A stretch of DNA of 64,000 bases. Source: Promethearchaeota archaeon (GTDB lineage: Archaea > Asgardarchaeota > Lokiarchaeia > Sigyniarchaeales > SOKP01). The stretch's first letter is position 1. Every line of letters starts with the position of its first letter. A model generated the notes under the pieces. It was not told the origin of the DNA. It ran no database searches and was given only the letters and a program-made list of their open reading frames with translations. Made by a program: the position numbers and the translations under genes. Location of the stretch: positions 32,001 to 96,000 of the forward strand of contig JAEOTA010000054.1 of NCBI GenBank assembly GCA_016840085.1, in the 5' to 3' direction. This document shows, piece by piece, positions 10,522-20,551 of the stretch.

Positions 10522-11390
10522 TGAAAATCCGTTTTATTTAGAACAGCTAAAACAATATTGGTGATTATTTCTTTCTTAGATTGAGTTAATCCGTCTTCTA
10601 GCTCTATTTTATTATATAATGCCATTACTGCAACTTCTACCCAGTTTTTCGTACTCCTACTATTTCCATATTGATCTATTAAAGTAGCTAAATCTATACC
10701 ACCTCTAATGGAACTTCCTCTGCGAATTGATGTGCTATCTCTCGTTGCTTGTATAACCAATTGAGAAATTGTAGAAATTCTATCAGAATTTATGTTAGCT
10801 TCTTGTTTGATGATTGAGATTTCTTCTTCTGGAGTTTGGTATTCTAAATTAATCCAAATAAATCTATCTTTTAATGCTTCACCTAAGACGGTAACACCTA
10901 CATGAGCTGCTGGATTTTGAGTTGCGATTACAAAAAAATCATTATGAGCTTTTATCGTCTCTAATTTTGGAATTTCAAGTATTCCTTCATCAAGAGCAGT
11001 TAATAATGAGTTTTGAGTGTTTTCAGGCATTCTATTTATTTCATTTATAAATAAACATCCTCCATTCAACATAGCTAAGGCTAAGGGACCATATTTATAA
11101 GAATCTTCATTATAACCTTTCGCAATTACAAGAGGTGGTTCAAAATAACCAACAAGGTTGTGCGGCAGTAATTCTTCACTACAATCAACTCTAAAAAAAT
11201 TAAAGTTATTAGAACCGTAATATTCAGCAATAGCTTTAGCTAATATAGTTTTCCCAACACCCACATTACCTTCTAATAATATATTTTTACCTACTGAATG
11301 AGCCAATGCAATTTGTTTTAATTCTTCTGTTCTACCAATTATTTTAAATTTCTCTTGTATTTCACTTACTAGACTGGTCATATCAACCAT
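10518..11390 (-). CDS. MoxR-family AAA+ ATPase
   Basis: IIGR, Walker A GNVGVGKT, Walker B variant FINEINR, ATQNP, ALKDRF, GSSIRG. Confidence 0.9.
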   Translation of the reverse strand: MVDMTSLVSEIQEKFKIIGRTEELKQIALAHSVGKNILLEGNVGVGKTILAKAIAEYYGSNNFNFFRVDCSEELLPHNLVGYFEPPLVIAKGYNEDSYKYGPLALAMLNGGCLFINEINRMPENTQNSLLTALDEGILEIPKLETIKAHNDFFVIATQNPAAHVGVTVLGEALKDRFIWINLEYQTPEEEISIIKQEANINSDRISTISQLVIQATRDSTSIRRGSSIRGGIDLATLIDQYGNSRSTKNWVEVAVMALYNKIELEDGLTQSKKEIITNIVLAVLNKTDFQ

Positions 11391-11454
11391 ATGTTTTGGA
11401 ATTAAACATTTCTAAAATAATTATAGATTAAATATTATTAAAATTAGAACCAAA

Positions 11455-11652
11455 TTATTTTGAATTATTGAGATTTTCTAAAATATCTTTTATATACAGA
11501 TCAAATGAGGTGTAACCAAAATGATAAGTGACTGTCTTAAACCCTCTAATCATTGTATTAATATGTTTCTTAAGCGACTCTCCGTGAATTTTCCCTCTTT
11601 CATAAGAAGACCCTTCGGTTTCTAAATAAATCATATTATTAATCTGCTCCAT
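11455..11652 (-). pseudogene. Truncated N-terminal fragment of a C45-family (acyl-CoA:6-APA acyltransferase-like) peptidase
   Basis: LETEGSSYERGKIHGESLKKHI resembles the C45 N-terminal motif; only 65 aa, with no catalytic Cys region. Confidence 0.5.
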
Positions 11653-12139
11653 ATAAAATTTTGAATTTCATTTCAATCATGAAAATTACATCTTCGATTG
11701 AAATATGAATAATTGGTTCTCAAATTAACATAAACTTATTAATTACTATTCAAGAAATGACAAATATTTAAATGTTTACATTTTTCAAAAGGAAGTGCAT
11801 AGTTCCATCATCCTTTCATAGAAATATTTAAATATAATCTATTCTTATTATATTATAGTTAATAATTTTTTTATTCACCTCGTTAGAATATCTTATACTT
11901 TTCATTGCTTTATCCTAAACACTCTTAAAAGACTTGATCAATAGTTATCATTTCCTTAAAAAATAGAATTTTTAAATCATTAACATGATTAAGATTAGTT
12001 AAAACTTTCATTTTCAAAAGAAAGTTTACAGATCACGTCTCGAACTTTTATTATATCATATTTTTTTCTATGAATACTAGTGAAACCAATAATTTTTCCT
12101 AAACTAGAGATTAAATATTCTCGTTCTTTTTAATAAAGT

Positions 12140-13168
12140 ATGGAGGAAAAAACATATAAAATAATCTATATTATTGGTTTAGCTATCACTACAGGATTGA
12201 TGATTTTAATTCTTTTTATGGGTGATTTATCTCTTAACTTTACATTTCTCATCTTCTTTTGGGTTGTAAAATTCTTAGCGGGTTTTGGGTTGGTCTTGAG
12301 TATATCAAACGGCTTCTTATTAATTATGGATAAATTAAGTAATAAATTGGGTAAACGAGGCACTATTATTTTAATCTTAATAGAGATTATCATTCCAGCA
12401 CTTTTAATTGGTTATGCAATTTATAAAATTATTTCAAGTTATACTGAAGCAGCAGCTGTTACTCAAACAGGCTTATGGTTATGGTTTGATAATATAATAT
12501 ATATTTATGGTATAGTTTCCTTATTACTAAATCTTTATATCATACCTTTAGCGAGTGAACAGTTTCATAAAGCCGCTGAAATGAGTAAACTTTCTTTTTG
12601 GAAAAAAGGTGCAAAAAAAGTAGCTAGAAAAATTAAAAAAGAATATTTTTCTTTGAGAAAAGAATACGCAAAAGCTCAAGTTCAAGATCAAATGGCTGTG
12701 AAAGATATTTTAGATTTATGGCGCAACAAATTTGCAGTTAATTTGCTATTAATTTTCGCAATTGGGTCATTTTTATTTATGCCTATTGCTTTTATTTGCG
12801 TGATGTATTGGCTTCATTTATATATTTTTTATAGATTGCAAATTAGATTATGGGAAAAAGCAGCCCTACTAATTGGAATGATATGGATTGGATTTATTGC
12901 TGTAGTTTTACCATTTTTAAGTTTTCCAAAGGTCGTGGAGATTTGGAGAACTATTGATCCTTACTTTTGGACTGTGAACGTATTATATTTGGTTGGAATT
13001 TCTTTAGCAACATTCATCTTTATTAAAAAAATACTTAATTTACAAGGGATTACTATTAGTGGACTAAAGATACAACTAAAAGACAAAAAAATTGAAAGGC
13101 TTAAACAAGAAAAAGAAGAATTAGAAAGGAAATTAGAAGAAAAACAAGCAAAAGAAGAACCAATTTGA
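12140..13168 (+). CDS. Hypothetical polytopic membrane protein with a C-terminal coiled coil
   Basis: About 7 hydrophobic segments, a basic internal loop and a K/E-rich tail. Confidence 0.75.
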   Translation: MEEKTYKIIYIIGLAITTGLMILILFMGDLSLNFTFLIFFWVVKFLAGFGLVLSISNGFLLIMDKLSNKLGKRGTIILILIEIIIPALLIGYAIYKIISSYTEAAAVTQTGLWLWFDNIIYIYGIVSLLLNLYIIPLASEQFHKAAEMSKLSFWKKGAKKVARKIKKEYFSLRKEYAKAQVQDQMAVKDILDLWRNKFAVNLLLIFAIGSFLFMPIAFICVMYWLHLYIFYRLQIRLWEKAALLIGMIWIGFIAVVLPFLSFPKVVEIWRTIDPYFWTVNVLYLVGISLATFIFIKKILNLQGITISGLKIQLKDKKIERLKQEKEELERKLEEKQAKEEPI

Positions 13169-13237
13169 AATAAATAATGCTTAAAAATATTGGAAAATAA
13201 AAAATTATTTAGAAGTATTATACTTTTCTAATATTTT

Positions 13238-14488
13238 TTACTCGGGGTGAAGTTTTACTAGAACAAAATCTCCTTTTTTCAAACCTTCTTGATGTGGAAG
13301 AATCTCAATTATGCCATCTGAAGAAGTAAGAGAACTAATTACACCAGATCCTTTTAATTTTACCGGGACAGCTAAAAATATATTTTCCTTTTTTTCAACT
13401 TTCACTCGTAAATAATGGAGAAATCCAAGACCAGAAACAGGAACATCACTTTTAATTGTTGCGAGTATCTCTACTCTTGGATCTAATACAGAACATCCAA
13501 GTATTTTCCTGATTGCCGGTCCAGTAATTTTTAAGAAAGAGACATATGCTGCAACTGGAGTTCCTGGTAAACAAAATATTAAGACATTCTCTACAAATCC
13601 AATTAAAACTGGAGCTCCAGGTCTCATAGCAATCCCATGGGTTAAAACCATACCTGATTCATTAATAATCTCGGGAAGATAATCTTTAGTACCAACTGAA
13701 GTGCCACCAGTAAAAATTATAACTTGAGAATTTCCAGCGGCTTCAAGCAATCTATTTTTGATAGCATCTTTATCATCTTTTACCGTTTCACCTCTAATAA
13801 CTGTTCCACCATACAAATTTACTAATGCGGATATCATAGGAGTGTTTGAATTATAAATTCTTCCCGGTTGAAGTGCCTCACCGGGTTCAAGTAATTCATC
13901 TCCAGAAGAAAAAATACTTATTTTTGGCTTAGTTCGCACTTCTATTTTATTAAACCCTAATGATGCCAAAAGTGCAATATGTTCAGCTTTTAAATCTGTG
14001 CCCTTGCTTAAAACGGGGGTGCCTTTCTTAATATCTTCTCCTTTCTTTGAAATATTTTTTCCAGGCGGTAGAGAAACATAAATATTTATGGATTTTTCTT
14101 TAATTTCAGAGTCTTCAATCTTTATAACGGCATCTGCACCTTCTGGTATCGGTGCTCCAGTAGAAATCTTAATTCCCTCACCTTTATTAAGCTTGAGGTT
14201 AGAAGATTCACCGATTTCAATTGTTCCCACAAGTTTAATCTTTTTTGGGGTTTTAGGAGATGCATTAAACGAATCTTCAGCTTTAATAGCAAAACCATCC
14301 ATAGCTGACCGATCAAAAGGAGGAAGATCTATATCACAAACTATATCACAAGCTAAAACACGATTTATAGATTTTCTTACATCAATTTCTTCAATTGGAT
14401 TTAGCGGGATTTGTGAAAATAACTTTTCTAAAGCATCTTCTAAAGATGTTAACTTTGAAAATCCTATCTTTCTTAATTTATTAACCAT
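13238..14488 (-). CDS. moeA: Molybdopterin molybdenum/tungsten transferase MoeA
   Basis: PPFDRSAMDGFA, ISTGAPIPEGADAV, SSGDEL, GGTSVG, LPGTP. Confidence 0.95.
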   Translation of the reverse strand: MVNKLRKIGFSKLTSLEDALEKLFSQIPLNPIEEIDVRKSINRVLACDIVCDIDLPPFDRSAMDGFAIKAEDSFNASPKTPKKIKLVGTIEIGESSNLKLNKGEGIKISTGAPIPEGADAVIKIEDSEIKEKSINIYVSLPPGKNISKKGEDIKKGTPVLSKGTDLKAEHIALLASLGFNKIEVRTKPKISIFSSGDELLEPGEALQPGRIYNSNTPMISALVNLYGGTVIRGETVKDDKDAIKNRLLEAAGNSQVIIFTGGTSVGTKDYLPEIINESGMVLTHGIAMRPGAPVLIGFVENVLIFCLPGTPVAAYVSFLKITGPAIRKILGCSVLDPRVEILATIKSDVPVSGLGFLHYLRVKVEKKENIFLAVPVKLKGSGVISSLTSSDGIIEILPHQEGLKKGDFVLVKLHPE

Positions 14489-14490
14489 AA

Positions 14491-15027
14491 TTATTCCTTT
14501 TTGTTTATCATGTATACAACATGTCTTAACTCTGGAATTAGCAACTCTTTAAAGGCGAGCTCTACTGCCTTAGGGGAACCAGGAAGCAAAAATATGGCTT
14601 TATCTTTAATTCTACCTCCAGTTGCTCTTGATAACATCGCAGCAGAACCAATTTCTTTATATGATAAATATCTAAAAAGTTCTCCAAATCCAGTAATTTC
14701 CTTATCTAATAGTGGTTTAATAGTTTCATAAGTAATATCTTTAGGTGTTAAGCCAGTACCACCACTAAATATTATGGAATGAATAGATTTATCTACTAAA
14801 AACGTATTTAAAATGTCTGTAATCTTTTCTTTATTATCAGGTACGATTTTAGTAGCATTTAATGAAATTTTCTCATGTTCTATTAGAATTTCTCTTATTA
14901 AGGGAATTGTTTTATCTGAGCTTTCTTTCTTTTCTTGTAATTCATTAAATCGAGTGGTACTGACAATAATTAAGGCTATATTAACAACTTCTGGACCTTT
15001 TTTCTTATGTTCTTCATGAACTTTCAT
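14491..15027 (-). CDS. moaB: Molybdopterin adenylyltransferase MoaB/MogA
   Basis: SGGTGLTPKDIT, GFGELFR, AMLSRA, LPGSPKAV. Confidence 0.93.
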   Translation of the reverse strand: MKVHEEHKKKGPEVVNIALIIVSTTRFNELQEKKESSDKTIPLIREILIEHEKISLNATKIVPDNKEKITDILNTFLVDKSIHSIIFSGGTGLTPKDITYETIKPLLDKEITGFGELFRYLSYKEIGSAAMLSRATGGRIKDKAIFLLPGSPKAVELAFKELLIPELRHVVYMINKKE

Positions 15028-16253
15028 TAAAAGAAATACACCTTTCTTTTATCTCCTTTGTCTATTATTGATTCCAACTCTTCAATTTCAATGTATCCAT
15101 CTGCATAGAACATCGTACTAATTGCTTCTGAACCTGTTTTAATTGGAAATATTTTCTTAATTCCCTTTTCTTCCTTGATTTTAACAGCTTTGAATTCATG
15201 TCTACCGACAGTGCTATATATTCTTTCACCAATTTCAAATTCCTTTGAAAATTTATCTCTTAAAGGATAGCCAGACATTTTTCTCAGAAAATTATCAATA
15301 AATACATAGAAACAACTCAATGCAGACGTTGGATATCCTGGTAAAATAAAAATTATTTTTTTCTTCACTTTAGCAAAAATTATTGGTTTTCCTGGTTTAA
15401 TTTTTACGCCATGGATTAGAATTTCAATATCATTATAACCTTCTAAAACTTTAGGTCCTAAATCTCCTTCTCCTTTAGATGTCCCTCCAGATAAAATTAC
15501 AATATCGCTGTTTTCTAAAGCTTTTTCTATACCATTTTTCAATTCGTCATAATTATCCTTTATAACACCTAAGAATTTAACTAGAACACCTGTATTTTCA
15601 ATAGCTTTTCTTAACACAACCGAATTTACATCATAAATCTTTCCAATTTCTAAGTTCTTCACTTCTTGGCTTACAAGTTCATTTCCGGTACTCATTAGAG
15701 AAACAGTTGGTTGTGTGTATACCCAGACTCCCTTGATTCCACATGATGCGAAGATCCCCATAGTTGCTAAATCAATTAAAGTGTCTTTTTTAAGTATTGT
15801 ACTACCTTTTTTTACATCATGTCCAATCTCGATAACATAAGTTCCAGGAGTAATAGCTTTAGAAATTGATACCTTATTTTCCTGCCTTTCAGAGAATTCA
15901 ACCATTACCACACCATCTGCGTTTCCTGGCACGGCAGCTCCAGTTGCTACATAAGAACATTGTCCTTTCTTTAACCTTTTTTGAGGAATATCTCCAGCTT
16001 GAATTGCCTCTATTATTTCAAGTTCTATTAAGTTATCTTCTTCTGCACCAAAAGTATCTTCTGCTAGTACAGCATATCCATCCATTCTTGATTTTCTAAA
16101 GTGAGGAACATCTATTTTGCTTTCAATATCACGTGAAAGAATTCTATTAAAACTTTCTCCGATACTAACTATTTCTTCTTCAACTTTTAATCTTGGAATT
16201 GAATCAAGAATAATCTTAAATTCATCTACGCTAATTGTTTTTAAAAATTTCAT
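15027..16253 (-). CDS. moeA: Second MoeA paralog
   Basis: PHFRKSRMDGYA, ATGAAVP, STGNEL, SGGTSKG, IKPGKP, LPGYP. Confidence 0.93.
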   Translation of the reverse strand: MKFLKTISVDEFKIILDSIPRLKVEEEIVSIGESFNRILSRDIESKIDVPHFRKSRMDGYAVLAEDTFGAEEDNLIELEIIEAIQAGDIPQKRLKKGQCSYVATGAAVPGNADGVVMVEFSERQENKVSISKAITPGTYVIEIGHDVKKGSTILKKDTLIDLATMGIFASCGIKGVWVYTQPTVSLMSTGNELVSQEVKNLEIGKIYDVNSVVLRKAIENTGVLVKFLGVIKDNYDELKNGIEKALENSDIVILSGGTSKGEGDLGPKVLEGYNDIEILIHGVKIKPGKPIIFAKVKKKIIFILPGYPTSALSCFYVFIDNFLRKMSGYPLRDKFSKEFEIGERIYSTVGRHEFKAVKIKEEKGIKKIFPIKTGSEAISTMFYADGYIEIEELESIIDKGDKRKVYFF

Positions 16254-16316
16254 GAGTAAATTAAAATTCTCTTAAATTTTATTTAAAACGTTATGATTAT
16301 TAATTTTAAATCGATT

Positions 16317-16766
16317 TTAATGGATCCATTCAGTTGATCCATCATTAAAATCTTCTCTCTTCCATACGGCTATTTCATTTTTATACATTTCAACTGCTTT
16401 ACTAATTACATCAAATCCTTCTTTTCTATGAGCTGAAATCACTACTACATATACTAAATCTTCAGAAAGTTCAAAACTACCTCTTAAATGAACGATCTTA
16501 ACATCAATAATTCCTTGTTCTTGTTTTAGTTCTTCGCATATTTTATTAATACTTTTATTTGCCAATTCATCATAAGCATCGATTTTCATACTAATTACAG
16601 GTTTCCCATTTTTCGAGGTTCCTCTGACTATACCTGTAAATGTATGAATAGATCCAGCTTCTTGGATATGAGGATTATTTTTTATTGATTTGATTATTGT
16701 CTCTAAATTAATTTCCCCTTTATTATAAATTCCTGAATCCATTTTTAAGTCTTTATCATCATCCAT
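16317..16766 (-). CDS. moaE: Molybdopterin synthase catalytic subunit
   Basis: GSIHTFTGIVR, HLRG, SAHRKEGF, VWKRE. Confidence 0.92.
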   Translation of the reverse strand: MDDDKDLKMDSGIYNKGEINLETIIKSIKNNPHIQEAGSIHTFTGIVRGTSKNGKPVISMKIDAYDELANKSINKICEELKQEQGIIDVKIVHLRGSFELSEDLVYVVVISAHRKEGFDVISKAVEMYKNEIAVWKREDFNDGSTEWIH

Positions 16767-16772
16767 GTCATC

Positions 16773-17054
16773 TCAACCCCCTGAAACTGGTAATAAAAAC
16801 GCGATTATATCCCCCTCATTTAATTGTTTCGATAAAATATTATCTCCATGGAAAGGTTGGTTATTTATTATTACAGAAATAAAATTACTCAACTTTTGGA
16901 GCTTATCATCCCATAGTAACTTGCGAAGACTATGATATTTTTTTAATAATAAATCTATTAAATCATTTAAACTCTGATTTGATAATTCTAATTCTTCCTT
17001 TTCTTTACCTGTGATATCTTTAAATTCTGCAAAATATAGAACTTCTACAATCAT
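16773..17054 (-). CDS. moaD: MoaD/SAMP ubiquitin-like sulfur carrier
   Basis: VLYFA start; LNEGDIIAFLLPVSGG with C-terminal diglycine. Confidence 0.92.
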   Translation of the reverse strand: MIVEVLYFAEFKDITGKEKEELELSNQSLNDLIDLLLKKYHSLRKLLWDDKLQKLSNFISVIINNQPFHGDNILSKQLNEGDIIAFLLPVSGG

Positions 17055-17070
17055 TTAATAAAACCAATTT

Positions 17071-17991
17071 TTAAAAATAGGGTTCTCTTGAATCTACGAC
17101 TTGTTTAACAATTTGCTCATATTTCTCTAAAGAATAATGATTTTTTAGAGCCTGTTTTAAATTTTTTCCCAAATCTGAACGGTAAAGGCATCCAAAAAGG
17201 TTTCCATCACACCCAACCCGAAGTTTAGTACACCCCATACAAAATTCATGACTAGGTGTAATTGTTTCTATAATCGCGGAATTTGGTAATATGAATACTT
17301 TTCGATTTTGCATGGAACCTCTAACTAATATTTTTTCTGCTTTTGATTCAAGTTCTTCGATAATAGGCTTAACATCTAAATGGTAATTATCATAAAAATC
17401 CCCATTTCCTCCTATTACCTCAGAAACTTGGTGTAATTCGATTAATTGTAAAACAAAACCATTTTTTGCACAAAAATCAATCATATCTTCCAATTCATTA
17501 TCGTTAATTCCTTTCATTAAGACAAAATTTAACTTTATAGGATTAAATCCGAGTTGGTTTGCTTTCTGTAAGCCTTCTAAAACTTTATCCAAGGAATCTG
17601 ATCCATAGATCTTTTTATATATCTCTGGTTTAAGTGAGCCTAATGAAACATTTATTCGATTTAAACCAGCGTTATACAATTCCTCGGCTTTATCATACAA
17701 GAGAGCCCCATTAGTAGTCATAGAAATATCCTTATAGAGATGTAAATCAGAAACATTTTTTATAATCTTTACAATTTCATTTCGACATAAAGGCTCTCCA
17801 CCTGTAAATTTAATTCTAGTAACGTTTAGGATTTCAGCTAATATTTTGCATAATTTTGTGATTTCTTCTAGAGCCAGCTCAGAAGTTTTTGGTATAAAAC
17901 CCTCTTTATCACAATAAACACAATTATAATTACATTTTGATGTAATTGAAAATCTGATATGTTTGATTTCTCGATTACAATTATCTTTCAT
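17071..17991 (-). CDS. moaA: GTP 3',8-cyclase (radical SAM)
   Basis: CNYNCVYC, KFTGGEPL, MTTNG, C-terminal FCMGCTKLRV...GC cluster. Confidence 0.93.
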   Translation of the reverse strand: MKDNCNREIKHIRFSITSKCNYNCVYCDKEGFIPKTSELALEEITKLCKILAEILNVTRIKFTGGEPLCRNEIVKIIKNVSDLHLYKDISMTTNGALLYDKAEELYNAGLNRINVSLGSLKPEIYKKIYGSDSLDKVLEGLQKANQLGFNPIKLNFVLMKGINDNELEDMIDFCAKNGFVLQLIELHQVSEVIGGNGDFYDNYHLDVKPIIEELESKAEKILVRGSMQNRKVFILPNSAIIETITPSHEFCMGCTKLRVGCDGNLFGCLYRSDLGKNLKQALKNHYSLEKYEQIVKQVVDSREPYF

Positions 17992-18001
17992 TTTATAAAA
18001 T

Positions 18002-18433
18002 CTAAGGTTTTTTAATTTTCTCCTCTACTTTAATATCATAAATTAATGTGTCAGGATATTGTCCCTCATTATTTTTCTCATACATTTTGACAACATCCCA
18101 TATATTTAAGAGTGCTATATTTACTCCTGTTAAAGCCTCCATTTCAACACCTGTTTTTGCGATACTTTTTACTGTGCATGTGACTTTTATAATTGTACCA
18201 TTTTCAAATTCAAAATTTACATCAACATTGGTAATAGGAATCGGGTGGCAAAATGGAATTATATCTGGAACTTTTTTTACTGCATTTATAGCAGCTATTT
18301 TAGCTATGGTAAGTACATCTCCTTTCTTAACTTGATTATTCTTAATTCTCGTGATGGTCTTATCTTTAAGTTTAATTCTTCCAGATGCCGTTGCAATCCT
18401 TAGAATTGTATTTTTTTCAGAAATATCAATCAT
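18002..18433 (-). CDS. moaC: Cyclic pyranopterin monophosphate synthase
   Basis: MIDISEK, KKGDVL, IPFCHPI, TGVEMEAL, WDVVK. Confidence 0.95.
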   Translation of the reverse strand: MIDISEKNTILRIATASGRIKLKDKTITRIKNNQVKKGDVLTIAKIAAINAVKKVPDIIPFCHPIPITNVDVNFEFENGTIIKVTCTVKSIAKTGVEMEALTGVNIALLNIWDVVKMYEKNNEGQYPDTLIYDIKVEEKIKKP

Positions 18434-18445
18434 TTTGGTGAGATG

Positions 18446-18469
18446 CGATATGTCTCTCCTTACACATCG
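18446..18469. promoter_or_regulatory. Palindromic operator CGATATGT-N8-ACACATCG upstream of the moa/moe operon (ModE/TunR-like)
   Basis: Identical arms and spacing to the site at 22373..22396; lies between an AT-rich TATA-like region and moaC. Confidence 0.75.
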
Positions 18470-18682
18470 AAAATTCTTAAATATTTATAAGTTTAACTAC
18501 TTCTTTTCAAAATATCTTGTTTCAAAAAATGAAAAAAAAAGATTTAAAATGAGATGAAATTTTTTCAAGTTTTAGTATAATTCATGCATCGATATTTAAC
18601 ATTTATGTGAAAAATTGAATTCTTTAGATACCTAATTCATAATATTTTAACGCTAGTTAAAATTAACCTAGAAAAGGTAGAT

Positions 18683-19396
18683 GTGAAGAATTTGCTTGAA
18701 TTAAAAAGAATTTATCATTATTATGGGAGTGCAAAAGTACTTGAAGAACTCAATTTAAAAGTTGAAAAGAAATCTCTAAATGCTGTTATTGGTCCAAATG
18801 GAGTTGGAAAATCAACACTCCTTAGATTAATATCTGGTTTAGAAAAACCTGACAAAGGAAAAATAGAATTCTTAGGTGAAAGAATAGATGGCTTGAAAGC
18901 TCATAAAATCGCTAAAAAAGGAATTTCTCAATGCCCAGACCGTCGTAGATTATTTTACGACTTGAGTGTTGCGGACAACATCAGAATGGGGGCTTATTTA
19001 TTAAAAGATAAGCAAAAATATAAGAGTTTAAGAGATTTTGTTTATGAAATATTCCCTCGATTAAAAGAGAGACGAAAACAGCGAGCAGGAACGTTAAGTG
19101 GTGGCGAACAACAAATGCTTGCGATAGCCCGTGCATTAATGTCAAATCCAAGACTACTCTTGTTGGACGAACCTTCAGTAGGTTTAGCTCCAAAGGTAAA
19201 GAAACAGATTTTTGGTGCAATTAAAAAAATAAAGCAAGAAGGAACAACCACTTTATTGGTTGAACAGGATATAGCTTTAGCAATGGATGTTGCAGAGATT
19301 ATTCATGTACTTGAAGACGGAAAAATTGAAATAAGAGGGACAAAAGAAGAATTAGAAAGAGAACCTAGAATAAGAAAAGTTTATTTGGGAATTTAG
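18683..19396 (+). CDS. livF: Branched-chain amino acid ABC transporter ATP-binding protein (LivF-like), orphan
   Basis: GPNGVGKST, FPRLKER..QRAGTLSGGEQQMLA, LLLDEPS, VEQ, YLG. Confidence 0.85.
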   Translation: MKNLLELKRIYHYYGSAKVLEELNLKVEKKSLNAVIGPNGVGKSTLLRLISGLEKPDKGKIEFLGERIDGLKAHKIAKKGISQCPDRRRLFYDLSVADNIRMGAYLLKDKQKYKSLRDFVYEIFPRLKERRKQRAGTLSGGEQQMLAIARALMSNPRLLLLDEPSVGLAPKVKKQIFGAIKKIKQEGTTTLLVEQDIALAMDVAEIIHVLEDGKIEIRGTKEELEREPRIRKVYLGI

Positions 19397-19458
19397 GTGA
19401 TTTAAAATGATAAATTTGGTGTTTTAATAGATTTAGGATTATAAATCATTTGAAATTT

Positions 19459-20544
19459 TTATAGTAGCTTGACATCTGTTGCCTTAAAATTAATATAAAC
19501 TTCAGATTCTTTTTTTAATCCTAATTTTCCTCTTGAAAATTCAGTTATTGTAATCAGAAACCTTTCTGATTTGCTTTTAACAACTAAATGACAAATATTA
19601 CCGAGTTCACGAATATTTTCGATAACTCCTTTAAATGTATTTCGATAACTCACATTCCTAGGAGGTTCCTTAACGATTCCAATACTTTCTGGTCGTATAC
19701 AAATTTTTACTTCACCCTCTAATTGAGTAGAAGCCGTTATAGTCAGATCATTAACTTGTATTAGCGTTAAACCAGAATTCTCATCTACTTTTGCAATCCC
19801 TGAAAGTATATTTTCATAACCTACAAAAAGAGCTGTGAACTCATCTTTTGGAGCTGTAAATATTTCATTTGGTGTTCCTATTTGAGTAATCTTTCCATTG
19901 CTGAGCACTGCTATACGATCAGCATACTTTATTGCTTCAAGGGGGTCATGTGTACTCATAATTATAGTTTTTTCTTTGTCTTGCTTTATTTTCATTATGA
20001 ATTTATCAAGTAGTTTGACATTCATAGGATCTAAATTAGCTGACACTTCATCTAATAAATAAATCTCAGGATTTATAATAAAATTCATAGCAATCGCAAC
20101 ACGTTGCATTTCTCCGCCCGATAATGTTCTAGCATTTTTGCTTTCTAATCCTCTCAAACCGATAAATTCAATAATTTCATTTACAGATTTACTATATTCT
20201 TCATAGTTCATTCCACGCACTTTTAAGCCGTAGGCAATATTATTAAATACAGTTGTATTTCGTACAACAGGTTTTTGCCTGACAAATGAGAATTTTCTCC
20301 GGGTTTGTATTTTTTCTTTTCTTGAAATAGCGTTTAAATCTTTTTCATAATATAATATCTTTCCTTGAGTTGGCGGTTCAAGTAAACCTATTATTCTTAA
20401 TAAAGTAGTCTTTCCACTTCCATTTGGGCCTATAATTACAAAACATTCTCCTTTTCTAACCGAAAAGTTGATATTAGAGAGGACTTTAATAATTGATTTA
20501 TCATCCTTATAAAATTCTTTGTAAAGATTCATGATTTCAAGCAT
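19459..20544 (-). CDS. tupC: Tungstate ABC transporter ATP-binding subunit with C-terminal TOBE domain
   Basis: GPNGSGKT, LSGGEMQR, TOBE-like LGLKKESEVYINFKAT; operon with tupAB. Confidence 0.85.
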   Translation of the reverse strand: MLEIMNLYKEFYKDDKSIIKVLSNINFSVRKGECFVIIGPNGSGKTTLLRIIGLLEPPTQGKILYYEKDLNAISRKEKIQTRRKFSFVRQKPVVRNTTVFNNIAYGLKVRGMNYEEYSKSVNEIIEFIGLRGLESKNARTLSGGEMQRVAIAMNFIINPEIYLLDEVSANLDPMNVKLLDKFIMKIKQDKEKTIIMSTHDPLEAIKYADRIAVLSNGKITQIGTPNEIFTAPKDEFTALFVGYENILSGIAKVDENSGLTLIQVNDLTITASTQLEGEVKICIRPESIGIVKEPPRNVSYRNTFKGVIENIRELGNICHLVVKSKSERFLITITEFSRGKLGLKKESEVYINFKATDVKLL

Positions 20545-20551
20545 GGTTATT

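Noticed and set aside
14088-14552. Antisense ORFs in the track (for example 14088..14552, 1932..2216, 22660..22947, 61939..62262, 57398..57691)
   Set aside because: Shadow ORFs opposite well-supported genes, with no motifs
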